Shown one piece after another: positions 23,030 through 35,100 of a DNA stretch of 64,000 nucleotides (the first letter of the stretch is position 1; every line of letters starts with the position of its first letter). The position numbers were made by a program, and so were the translations under genes. The stretch is from Cyanophora paradoxa CCMP329 (taxonomy: Eukaryota; Plantae; Glaucophyta): the NCBI GenBank assembly GCA_004431415.1, contig QPMI01000610.1:124001-188000 (forward strand), given 5' to 3'. The notes below the pieces were generated by a model. It made no database searches and was not told the DNA's origin. It worked only from the letters and a program-made list of their open reading frames with translations.

Positions 23030-24795
23030 GGGCTGCCTCCCAAGGACGACGCCCGGACGGCCGCCCTGTTCCGCTGCGGCGTCCGCAGACGCTTCCACCG
23101 CCTTCGCCTGGGTCCGGCGCGTGAGCTCGCGCAGGGCCGGGGGGTCGCGGGGGCGCACCGAGGGGCGGCGGGAGCCGGGGGCCGGCCGCGCGGCCTCCGC
23201 GCCTGCTGCTCCGGCGTCGAGCTTGCGGCTGCGGCGGGAGGCGGGCTGAGTCGGCGGCGCGCGCGGGGACGGAAGGGCGGGCGCGGCGCACAGGCGGGGA
23301 CCGCTATGGGCTCGGAGGCGATTCCCAGGACCTCGGCTGCGGGGCGGGGCGCGGGCGGTCGGACACGGCGCAGGGGCGGGAGCGGGGCGGGGCGGGGCGG
23401 GGCGGGGGCGGCGGACAGCAGTCGAGGATGGTGATGGCGTCGAGGGGCATGACGCCCGCCTCCTGGCTGTTGCCCCCCACGATGGCCACCGTCGCCGAGT
23501 TCAGCGCCGCCGCCGCGTGCGCGAACCGCGGCGGCGTCAGCGGCTCCGCCTCCCCGGCACGCCCCCGCCCAGCCGCCTCCACACCCGCGTCTCTGCCCCG
23601 CCCCCGCTCGGCGGGGCGGCGGGGCCGGGGCGCGGGCGCGGGGCGGGGCCGCACGGGTGTCGAGGGCGTAGATGTCGCCCAGCGTCTCGTCGCCTCCGCC
23701 GCCGACGACGAGCATGTAGCGCCCGCCCAGCGCGGCCGCCGCGTGCGCCGCCCGAGCCGGCGGCACCTCCCCCGTGCACGGCACCTCCCGCCACTCCATC
23801 TCGTCTGCCGGCGCCCGCTGAGCGAGGGCGGGGCGGGGCGCGGGCGGGGCGGGGCGGCGCACCGACGTCGAGGCAGAAGACGTCGTTGCACCACTCGGCG
23901 CCCGTGTCCCCCCCGAAGGTGTAGATGGAGCTCTCCCCAATCAGCACCGCCGAGAGCGCGTCCCGCGGCCGCGGCTCGGGGCCAGTCGTCTGCCCCCTCG
24001 ACCACGTCTTCGACTCTGCCGTCCGCGCCCACCGTCGGCCCCGCGGCCCGCGCGGAGGCGCGCCGAACGGGCGGGGTCGCGCACCCGTGTCGTAGACGTG
24101 AACGAGGTCCTGACACTTCGCCTCGCCCGCCTGGCCGCCGATGATGTAGATCTTCTTGCGCACCCCCACCGCCGCGTGGCCCTCCCGCTCCGTCGGCGGC
24201 GTCCCCTTTCCTTTCGATCGCTGCCACTTCATAGAGTCTGCGAGCCGCGAGCGCAGAGAGCACGCAATTGATGCTTAGCTAAGGAGCGCTTGCCGCCGAG
24301 AACGCCGCGCCCCACGCACCGAGGTTCAGCACATACATCTCGTTCGTGACCCGCTTGTCGCTGTCTTCGAGCTGGTTTGTACCGCCCCAGACAAACATGT
24401 CCTTTCCCACGAGCGTCGCCGTGTGGCTGTCCCGCGGCGTCGGCGGCGTCCCGGTCGGCTTCACGGTTCTCCACTTCTTTTCAGCTGGGGGGCGGGAAAA
24501 GGAAAGCCGGGCTCAGAATGCAGTTTCGAACGACAAAACAAATCGGGGATCGCGAGAGACGCACGGAAAGAGTAAACATCGACATCGTTGGTGCTGCCGC
24601 TGGAGAAGCCCCCGAACAGGAACAGCATCTCCGAGTTGTACACCAGCGTGTGTCCCCATCGAGGAGCCGGAACCTTGTCCTCCACCGGCGCGCGGCTGAT
24701 CCGAAGGCCTGCAGGTACAAAAACCGCGCGTCGGCGCGAAATCGGCACTGCGCGCCCAGCGGCATTCGGATGGACGCACCTGGAACTATCGACAT
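21034..24795 (-). CDS. Kelch-repeat beta-propeller protein with long C-terminal extension
   Basis: About six kelch repeats (PAPRWGHT..LFLFGG, PTPRDSHT..FVWGG, PTEREGHA..YIIGG, PRPRDALS..YTFGG, PPARAAHA..VVGG, PPRFAHA..IVGG). Downstream exons include FEGVIGSPFDFGYNVVVNIAGVRYCGML. Joining the two halves into one gene is inferred. Confidence 0.7.
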
Positions 24796-25004
24796 AGTGT
24801 TAGCTAGCTACAGTCGTCCGTCGCGATTCGCATGCTCTTCCGGCCGCGCGAAACCTGCGGTCGAGCCTCGTGCACCGACCGGCGGCCCGTCGCTTTTCGC
24901 CCTCAGGTGCGCTTCAATTCGGCTTTTCTGAACCCCGGCAAGCTGCCACGGCTTCCAGCAAGGTTCCCAAACCGGGGATCAACTACGGCCTGGGTACTGT
25001 CACG

Positions 25005-26146
25005 ATGGCTTTCGCGTCGGTGGCTCTCCAGCCCACGGGACGGGCCGTACACGTGCCGGCTCCGTTCGGCGGCCTCTTGAGGTGCGTATGAGCTGGCGAC
25101 GACCTCGAGGCCGCCTGATCGTTGATCTCGCCCTTTTCTCCTCGCAGCCGCGCAGCCCGCCGCGGCGCCGACATTGGCCGTCGCCGGAATGTCCAATCTG
25201 TACGCTCCGACCGCAGCGCCCTGGCGGCCCGCGGCCGGGCGGTGTTTCTCGGCCAGCCGCTTCGAATGTGGTCGACGTCGCCGCAGTTCCCGCCAGCTGC
25301 GGCCCCCCAGAGCGCACGCTGCAGTTCTGAATCTAACGATGCCGGTGCGTCAGCGTCGCTTCTGCCTTGCGAGTCCCGTCGCCGTCGACGTCGACCGGTC
25401 GAACGGCGCAGGGGAGAGTGCCCCGGAGTCGAAGAAGAGCTACTACTGGCGCCAGGGATACAACACCCCCTCTCTGATTCTCTACACGAAGAGCGGCTGC
25501 TGCCTCTGCGAAGGTGCCCCGTCGCCGCCGCTCGCCCCGCCGCGGCAGCCACCAATCGGCCTGGGCGACGGCAGCGCTGCTGGACAAGATCCTGGACCTG
25601 TACGCGGATTCGCTGGGCCTGGGCAAGCTGGATTTCGTCCTTGACGTGCGCGACATCGAGATGAAGCCCGAGTGGTTCGAGAAGTACCAGTACGAGGTCC
25701 GACGCGCCGCGCCCGCCGCCGCCCGCCGCCGCCGCCCGCCCGCCGCCGCCGCCGTCGAGCGCGCCGCCGAGCGCGCCGCAGATCCCCGTGCTCGTCAAGG
25801 CGTTCCCGCAGTCCGGCGACGACACGAAGAAGACCCTCCCCGGTGCGCGCCGGCGCCGGACCGGCCCGCCCGCCCGCCCGCCCGCCCGCCGGCGCCCGAC
25901 CCTCCCGCAGGCCCTCGCCGCGCCTCTCCACCGCGCAGCTGCACGCGTTCCTCGAGAAGTACTTCGAGGCGAGCCGAAGCCGCGTGCCCGCGCCCGCGCC
26001 GCCGCCCTGCGCGTCTCACGGGGCGGCGCGGGCGGCAGGTCCTGCAGCCCTCCCCGGAGCCCGAGTTCCAGCTGGAGGAGTACGTGAGCCCCATCGAGGC
26101 GGAGCTCATCGCCAAGTCCGCCAAGCCCGCCGAGCCCGAAGCTTGA
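25005..26146 (+). CDS. Glutaredoxin-like DUF836 protein, probable plastid transit peptide
   Basis: LILYTKSGCCLCE, LDVRDIEMKPEWFEKYQYEIPVL and PRLSTAQL. The N-terminus begins MAFASVALQP. Confidence 0.8.
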
Positions 26147-26680
26147 GCTCGCACCGGCGCCCCCCGCTTTCCTGCAGCGCCAGGCTGCACGCAGCCGCCC
26201 CCTTTCGCCCCTCCCCGGGCCCGGCGGCTCAATGCCCCCAGGAGCCGCCCGCCCTGTACCATCGCCAGCAACCGAGTCAGAGAGTCAGGTAGACGACAGG
26301 CGTCCGACGCTAGGGTTCTCTCCTGTACAGTACCCACCCAACGCTTTTCGTGTGATTCGATCCACTACGGTATTCCGGTCATCCTTTTTTGATCCCCCTC
26401 GCTTCGTTTTATGTATCGTGATCATGAGCTCTATAACCTCATCAAGGCTTAGCGTAGCAGTGCACAGTGCACTCATCGGCAAATGAACTGTGTACTTGAT
26501 CTCTCTGTGCCGCAGTGCGGAACGCGGCACGTGGCACGCGGATAAACCGACACAGCAAGCGCAATCCGGATCCGGAGGGATGGGTGCCCGGTCGGCCAGT
26601 GGCCGGGGGTTGCGGAGGGGGGAGGCGGCGGGGCTGGGGGGCCGGGGGATGGGGTGGGAGAAAGGAAGGAAGGGAGGGGC

Positions 26681-28609
26681 CTACTGCCCGGCGCCGGTGG
26701 CGGGCGGGGACGGCGCCGGCGCGTCGCCTGCGGGTGCCTCGGGCTCGGAGGGCGGGGCGCCCCCCGAGCCCGCCCCGCTGCTCCCGCCTTCCGACTCGCT
26801 GCTGCTGCCCGCCTCGCCCCCCTCCTCCTCCTCGCTCCCCCCCTCCCCCTCCTCCCCCTCCTCCTCCTCGCCCTCCTCCTCCTCGCCCTCCCCCTCCTCC
26901 CCGTCCTCCTCCTCCTCCTCCTCGTCGTCGCTCTCCGCCCCGCCGGCGGGCCCGGCGCGGGGCGCCACGGGCGTGAGCTCCGCGTCGTCGGGCTCTGCCG
27001 CCGCGCCGCCGCTCAGAAACGCGTCTCGCTCCCGAATCTCGCTCCCGGTCTCGCTCACCGGCGGCGAGGACGGCGGTGTTGTAGGAGCCGCAGTGGGCGC
27101 AGCGGTGGAGCTCGTAGTGGAAGGGCGCGACGCACTGGCGCTCGCAGTCGCAGCACGTCACCCGCTGCTTCATCCGCGCGTGGTCCGGGTGCACCGGGTT
27201 CTGCCGGTACACCTGCCCCGCCCCGGCCCTCAGGCCCGGCCGCACGGCGGGGGGCGGGTGCGGACCTCGTCGAGGACCTCCCAGCGCTGCCGCATATCCC
27301 CCACGCTCTTCTTGCACAGCGGGCACCTGCCCTCGCCTCGTCGACATCCCGCCCCGGCACCTGGGGTTCAGGAGGGGGGAGGGTACCGGTAGTGGCCCGC
27401 CCGCATGAACTCCGCGTAGCACGTTTGGTGCTGCGGGGGTGTAGAGGTCAGCGAGCTCGAAGGGGGGTACGGCGTCACGGGTCGCTGGACGGTCTGAGCG
27501 GGCGCCGCACCATCGCGTGGCCGCTGCGCAGAGTGGAGGGCGGAAATCAGGGTGGGGGGTACAGCGTCTAGTGGGGGGGGGGCGCACCACTTCGCGATCG
27601 AGAGCTGGATGCGGGAGGTGAACCTGGGGGATACGTGAGGCTCGAAGGGCGCAGCCCAGCGGGGGTGCGGAATGCGCAGACATGAACTCGAAGCAGATGG
27701 GGCACTCGGACTTGCTCATGTCGCTCACGCACTTGTGGCCATTCCTGCGGGGCCCTGAGCACGGGGGCGGAAACGGGCGGCGGGCCGCAGCGCGCACTTC
27801 AGTGCGATGCCGATGCAGGCCGCGCTGCACGTGCGCGGGTGACGGGCGTCAGGGGCGCGGGGCAGCGTGCCAGACGGCGAGCGCGGCGCCAGAGCACCAT
27901 CGGTTGCAGTGGAAAAAGTCGATCCCCCTGCGCGCGCCGAGTCAGAGGCGAGTCAGAAGCCGAGTCAGCGAGAGTGTGCCCGCGCACAGGCCATGGCCGA
28001 CTCTGCAGATTGTGCAGTCGGGACAGTGGTAGATCGGCTTGTTTGGATCGCTGGAGTAGCTGCGGGGCGCGCCGTGAGCGGCGGGGCGCCGGGAAGACCC
28101 CAGGGAGAGCCGGCGCACAGGCGGCAGGGTTCGCAGAAGTAGGAAGCGAAGCCGTGCCCCTGGGAAGCCTCGCAGTCCGCGTTCGAGCACGCCCCCGCGA
28201 CCGGCTGCGAGCGGCGGGCGGTCGCCTCAGCGGCGGAGCGCTGCCACTGCGCCACGCGCTCACCTGCCGCGTGTTGCAGCGCGCGCACTCCACCAGGGTG
28301 ACCTGAGGCGAGGCGAGGCGAGGATCAACGAGGATCGGAGCGGCCGATGGTGTCCGCCCATCGCAGGTCGAGGGCGCGCACGGTCTTGCGATCTATTTTA
28401 TGGCTCTCGGCCTCGTCATGACACCTGAAAGCGTCGTCAATGGGGCCCGCGCACGCGGGCGATCAAAAGGACCGCGGGCCCCAAGCGCACCAGTGGCACG
28501 AGTAAACGCGTCCGCAGCACGGTGCGACGAGACGAACCGCTCGCTGATAATGTGAGCAGCCGAGCGGCGGCGCTGGCGCGGGCGTGTCCGGCGGCGCGGG
28601 TTCGGCCAT
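26681..28609 (-). CDS. CHY/CTCHY zinc finger + RING + zinc-ribbon E3 ligase (RCHY1/Pirh2/MIEL1-like) with acidic tail
   Basis: GCSHYQRAVRLVAPCCGRVYSC, CARCNTRQ, FASYFCEPCRL, IYHCPDCTICRVG, HKCVSDMSKSECPICFEF, CPLCKKS and CCDCERQCVAPFHYELHRCAHCGSYNT. Confidence 0.88.
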
Positions 28610-28800
28610 GAGTTGCTAGGCTCCTCGCAATCTACGCGGATTCTACTGTAGGGCGCTACAGATCGCACAAGCTGCCGCTTGAGGGGGCCTCGAGCTGCGT
28701 CTCGGGGTCTGCGTACCCCCGCAAGCAAGGCCTTAGGCCTAAGGCCGAAGAATACACGTGCACTAAGGCCTTGCAGGCTCAGCGCTTGTACTCGGGACAA

Positions 28801-31545
28801 ATGTCGGCACCGGAGACGCTGCCACTGCTCGGCAGCGCTAACGAGTGCGCGGGGGGGCCGTGCGCTCGGGCGCGGAGTTCGTGCTGACGCCGCGCGTCCC
28901 TCGCTGCAGGGCCGCGTTGACGTCAAAGTGGGGGAATTTGCGGTTCGTACCGGCCACACACGTATCGAACGCCGTATGCTCGCCTAGGCCAGCGTGCCCG
29001 GCGTCGGGCGCGCGCCCTCTTGACTTGGCCAGGGCGCAACCTCAAGCGCTCTCTAGCGCAGCGCTCCACAAAACGGCAACCGCCTTCTAACGCAGCTGTA
29101 CGCGTGCCTCAGGAAAGCGGCGAAAACGGCGACTGCGGTGCAGCGGATCATGACCAAGAAGAAGAGCCGCGGCCTGAACGTGCAAGTCTTGGGCGGGCTC
29201 GAGCCGCTCCTCTCTGTCCCCACAGTCGATGCCGGATACGAGCCTGGCTCGGCGGAGGCGCTGCAGAACCTCGCGTCGGGTCTGGGCGACGTGCGAATTC
29301 AGTGCTGCGACTACAGTGATTCGATGCTGGAGGAAAAGACGGTGGAGCCGAGCAAGCTGCGGGAATTCCTCGCGCAAGCGCGGCCGAAGAACTCGCGCGT
29401 TCGCTGGATTCAGGTCAAATTTGATCCGGTTTGCAGCTTCCTCCCTGTGGCTGAAGCCTCGCGCAGGTCGAGGGTGCCGACCCTTCTGCCATGCAGCAGC
29501 TCGGTCCGACCGCTCGATCTCCGCCGCCCGCGCTCCGCTCCGCGCGGGGCGCCTGAGGGGGACGCGGGGCGCAGCGCGGGCATTCCAGATGAGCGAGCTC
29601 ACGCTGGACGACGCCTTCAGCGAGGGCCAGCTCGCCAAGGCGCGCCCGCACGCCCGCGCCGCCCTCCGCCGCCGGCGCTCCTCGCTCAGCCTCTCAGCCT
29701 CGCGCAGGTCGACTTCTTCTCCGGGGCGAACGGCGAGGGCAGCGTGCGCGCCCGCCCCCCGGGGGCCCCGCCCCGCCCGCCCAGCTTTCGCCGCAGGCCT
29801 TCTTCTTCATCGCGATGATGCCGCCCGTGAAGGGGCGGCCCCAGTCCGCCACGCCCAAGTCCGCGCTCCCCTCCCCCACCCCCGGCCCCCGCTGGGCCCC
29901 TCCGCTTTCCTTTCTGACGGCCGGGGGTACCGGCAGCCCCGCGAGTTCCGCGACCCCGACGCCGGAGCCGAGCGTCTCTGGGGGGTACGCCGTCGACTCC
30001 TCCTCTCCCTTCGGGCTCGAGCAGGTGCCGACCCCGTACCCCCCGACCGGCCGCGCCCTGGATCCGAGGGTCGGATGCAGATCAGCGTCTACTGCACGCG
30101 TGACGCGGTGATATCCTTCCGCCGGGATTCGAACCACGCGGCGCCGGGATTGGGCGCGCCGCGCTACCGGCCCGTGCGCTAACGCGGTTGCCTGCACCCC
30201 CGCCGCCTTGCCCACGGGGGCCGCCGGCGCAGATGTTCGCTGGCGTTGTGAAGCGGCTCCGGAACCCCCTCTCCAAGCTCCGGTCCGCACCGCGCCCCGC
30301 CCCTCCCCCGCAAGTCATCCTCATCCCCTCTGCCGCGCCCACCGACGCCCGCGCAGCACGAACGACGTGCGCCCCGGCGGCCTCCTCCCCCCCCCCCCCC
30401 CCCCCCAACCTCCACCCCCCTCCGACTCCCCCGCAGGCCTCGTTCCTGTCGTACGCCCTGCTGGACGCGCTGGTGGACGCCTACTTCCCCGTGCTGGAGG
30501 CCTACCAGGAGCACGTCGAGTCCCTCGACGACGAGGCCCGCCCCTGTACCCCGCCCCGCCCCCGAGACGTACCCCCGCTTCAACCCGTCCGCAGGTGATG
30601 CGGCGGCCATCGGTGGAGACCATCCTGCGCATCCATGCCCTGCAGGCGCCCCGGGGTCCTCCGTACCCCCGCCCAGGCCCCGCTGATCCCGTACCCCGCA
30701 GCGCGAGCTCCTGCGCCTCCGCCGGGCCGTCCTCCCCCTCCGGTGCGGCCGGCGCTCGGCGCTGCTGTACCCCTCCTTCTTTTTCCCGCCCGTCCCTGAA
30801 GGCGTACCCCCGCAGGGATTTGGTGGGGGAGCTGCGAACGACCCCGCACGAGTGCGTGTCGCAGTGCACGCGGGTGCGCCGCACCCCCCACCCCGTCATG
30901 CCGTTCCCCACACTGATCTCCTCCCCCCCGTCCCCAGGACTACCTTCGGCGGGTACAGGACCACGTGAAGCAGATCCTGGAGCTCGTCGAGAACTTCCGC
31001 GTGCGGATTCGAGCCGGCGCCCCGCGAGCCCCGAGCCTCGAGCTCAACCCCTCACCGTCGCTCAGGACTTTGGCGAGTCCGCCCGCGGCGTCTGCAATGA
31101 CGTCATGGCCCAACGCCTGAACGAGATCGTTAAGGTACCCCCCCATCCCCCACCCCGTCTCGCCCCGCCGGCCCGCCCGCGCCTCCGCCGGCTCACTCCC
31201 CCCCTCGTCCGCCCCGCCCCGCAGACGCTCACGATCGTCTCGGTGCGCCCCTCGCCTCGCTCGCGTGCTCGCGTGTACCCCCCGACCTTGCTCCGGGCAG
31301 GTGATCTTCACGCCGCTGACGTTCCTGGCGGGGGTGTACGGCATGAACCTCGAGTTCATCCCCGAGCTCCACTGGCCCATCTCCTACCCCGCGTGCGCCT
31401 TCTAGGACTGCAGCGGACCCCAGGGCGCACCCCGCCGCCCTCACGCCTCGCCCCGCGCGCGCGCGCCCCGCCCAGGTTCTGGACCGTCTGCCTCGCGATC
31501 TCGGGGGCCCTGCTCCTCTCGTTCCGCCGCCGCGGCTGGATGTGA
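28801..31545 (+). CDS. CorA-family Mg2+/Co2+ transporter (bacterial-type CorA)
   Basis: [70 protein letters not shown] and FRRRGWM*. The GMN signature is present. Start [10 protein letters not shown] inferred. Confidence 0.88.
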
Positions 31546-32152
31546 GGCCTGCAGCTAGCCGTGCGCCGCGCGCCCCTGGCCCCACGCCCCCAACCTGCAC
31601 CAAATACAGACCGCAATTGCAAATGGCGCAGTCCAAATTGCGCGCTCCTCTAACGAACCGAACAATAATCGCAAACCGATAGCTGTCGACGTCGAACCGG
31701 GGTCGCGAGCCGTATACGTACGTAAACAGCAGACCGGGAGTTCGAAGGGCCCTCTAGATCTCCCGCCTCGAATTCAATTGTGCATGTGCACGTGGGTGGC
31801 CATGGGGGTATATATTGCCAGTGGGGGGTGGCGTATTGCCGGCATAGTTAGCTGGATCGGAGCTGGGGGCTGGTATCATTGGGGTACAGCTAGCTCTGTC
31901 TGCAGCTGGGGGATATCGATATCTGTCTGGGGTCTGTATCCTACTACAACACTCTCCCGCCTCAAATTGAAGGTGGACAATTCAAGTAAAAAACGGTCCG
32001 GGCCAGAACTCGCAATACAAGTATCATAGTATACTGTTATTCTGTTACCGTTATTTCTACCTTCACTGCAAAGTATAACTTAATAAGTAAAATAGGACGT
32101 TTTGAAGTTCGAGCCACCAATAGATCCTGCGCCATCCACCTTTCATGCAGTG

Positions 32153-35100
32153 CTAGCCCTGGCTGTGGCCTCCCCAGGGCCAGAGGCTGACGAACGCCTC
32201 GCCCGGGGGCCGCCCCGCCTCGCCGGCGGCCTTCGGGAGGGGCACCGGCACCGGCATCTCGAGGCCCGTCTCCAGCGCGATGCGGGCCGCCGCGGCGTGC
32301 GCCTCGGCGGCGGCCGCGGCGGCGGGCTCGGCGAGGGCGAGGCGGAGGCAGGCGAGGGCCTCGAAGGGGCGCAGGCCGCTGCGCGCGAAGCCGGCGCGGG
32401 CGGCGCGCAGGGCGGCGAGGCGGGCGGCGGGGCGGAGGCGCGGGGCGCCGGCGGCGACGAGGGTGCAGAAGGGGCGATCCCGGGATGCGCCCCCGGCTGC
32501 GCCGCATCAGCGCGAGCGCCTCCGCCACGAGCGCCTCGGGCTCCTCGTCCTCCCTGAGCGCGGCGGCCGGCCGCGGCTCGGACAGGGATTCGCGGGCAGA
32601 GCCGGCGCCGGGGGCCGCCGGGGAAAGCTGCAGGGACCCGGGGCCGGAGAGGAGCAGCGCCGACGCCGAGCCGGCGCTCTCCCGATCGCCCAGCGCGAGC
32701 GGCGGGGGTCCTTTGCGATCGAGCTCGGCGCGCGCGTTGATGACCTCGGCCGCGACCCGCGAGCGGCGGGGGCGCCAGCAGCGCAGGGCCCGCAGAACGC
32801 CGCCGCCGCCGCCGCCGCCGCCGGTCGTGGCTGCGGAGTGCCGGGGGTGCTGGCGGGCGAGGAACGCCTGGTACTGCACGTAGTCCACCACGCTCCAGAG
32901 GAGAACTGCGCGGGCGGGCGGCGTGCCGCGCCGTCAGGCCCCGGCGGCCCCGGGGGCCCGCCCCCTCGGGAGGGGGAAGGGGGGGCGGGGGCGGGCGGAC
33001 AGATGTGGTGCCAGCTCTGCCCCTCGACGCGCCAGAGGGCGAGGGTGCTGCGGGCGAAGCGCCACATGGCGTCCTCGTCGCCCCCGCGCAGCGCCAGCAC
33101 CGCCCGCCCGAACCCCGAGACCTGCTGCGCCCACGAGCGGCCCTCCACCGCCGCCGCCCCCTCCTCCACCTGCCCGCCCCGAGGCCGAGCTCAGCGGGCG
33201 AGGCCGCTGGGCCGGTGCGGGCGGGCGCGGGCGGCCTCGCACGAGCTTCATGGTGGTGAGGACGGAGGCGGCGGTGGCCGCGTCCCCGCGCCAGAGCGCG
33301 ACCGTCGCGCACATCACCGCCGCCAGCGTCACGACTGTGCCGCCGGCGTCAGGGCCCGGGGTGCGGTGCAGGGGAGGGGGGCCCGGGAGCTCGAGGCGGG
33401 GGCGGGGGCGCCTCGGAGAGAGCGGACCGTACTCGGTGGCGCCGGCGGCCATGCGCGAGGCGAAGACAAGCGCCTCCTCCGCCGCCCGGTGCGCCTCCCC
33501 GAGCCGCCCCTGCGGCGGATTGGAGGGAGGGCGCGGGCCGGGGCCGGGGCCGGGGCCGGGGCCGGGGGCGGGGGCGGACGGTGAGGAGGCGGGTGAAGGC
33601 GAGGTCGAGGGAGAAGAGGCCGGCCGTCGGGTCCCCCATCCGCCCCAGCAGCGACACCTGCGCCCCGTGAGCCCAGGCTCGATCTGAAGCGGGGGGCGGG
33701 GGGCTCCGCCGCGCACCCCGCGGGCGTAGGCGGCGACGGAGGCGTCCCACTTGCCGACCTGGGCGAGGCGCGCCCCCAGGCACGTCATGTCCGCCGCCAG
33801 CGCCTGCCCCCACCGCCCCCTCCCCGTCAGCCCCGCCCCGCCGCGCCGCGCTCCGCTTCTGAGGGGCGGACGGCGTTGTGGTGGAGGGTGTCGGCGAGGG
33901 CGTGCACGGACGCCTGCGCCGCGTCCGCGCGCTCCTCCGACCCGATCCCCAGCACTGGCCCCCGCCTATCAGTGTGGGGCGGGGCGGGGATGGTGGGGCG
34001 GGGCGGGGCGCGCTGGTGAGGAGGAGGGGGACGGCGGAGAGGGCGCGGACGTCGTGGTAGGTGAAGACCTGCACGCGGGCCAGGCCCGGATCAGGCGCGG
34101 CGCGCGCTGCGGTGTTTGGGCCTTGGCGGGGCGCGGGGCGGACCTCCTGGGGGGCGGCGAGGGCGCGCTGGACGCCCTGCACGGCAGCCGCAACGGCGAC
34201 GACGGGGCCCGGCAGCTCCCCGGGGCGCGACTCGCCCGTCAGCGCGCTCCGCCAGATCACGTACAGGCTCATCACCGCCGCCCGGTGCTCCCGCCCCGCC
34301 TCGCTCTCCGCCCCCGCCCCCGCCCCCGCCCGCCACTTTGCGCGGCGCAGGGCCGTGGCGGAGCGGAGGAGGGTGAGGGCGAGGCGGAGGTTGTTGAGGA
34401 GGGTGGGCGGCCGCGTGCGCAGCGGCGTGCCGAGCGTCTCCAGCGCGATCATCTGAGGCCGCGGACGAGCTCATCTGAGCCCGCTGGGCGGGGGCGGGCG
34501 AGGGGCCGGCACGCACGGCGACGTCGCGGGCGGCGCGGCGGCGCCCCGAGACGAAGTCGACGTGGGCCCAGTTGGCGAGCGCCAGGGCCCGCGCAACCCG
34601 CCAGCGGGCGGCCTGCGGAGAGGGAGCCCCGCGCCGCCCGACGGGGACTGGGGCGCCCCCGACCCGGGGGCCCGTAGTAGAGCCAGGCGGGGGCGGCGGG
34701 GCCCTCGCCCGCCTCAAGGCACTGCTCGTCGATGGCGGCGACGATGCGGGCGCTGGTGCGGCGGCTCTCGTGGAGGGCGCCGCCGGCGCGGGCGGCCTCG
34801 GCGGCGCGCTCGAGGGCGGGGAGGGCGCGCTGGAGGTCCCCCGCGGCGTCCCAGTGGAGGGCCACCGCGGCCGGCTCCGGGTGCTCCGAGGCGCCCTCCA
34901 GCCAGGCGGCCGCCCGCGCGTGCACGTCGCGCCGCTGCGCCAGCGGGATCGAGTGGTACAGCGCCTCCCGCTGCGCCACGCTCACATGGAGGCCGCGCGC
35001 GGGGCGGAGGGGAGTGGGGGGGCCCCGGCGCCACCTGCATGGCGTGGACGAAGCTGTGCGGGGCGCGGGCCTCGCGCTCCTCGGACTCCGACTCCGGCCC

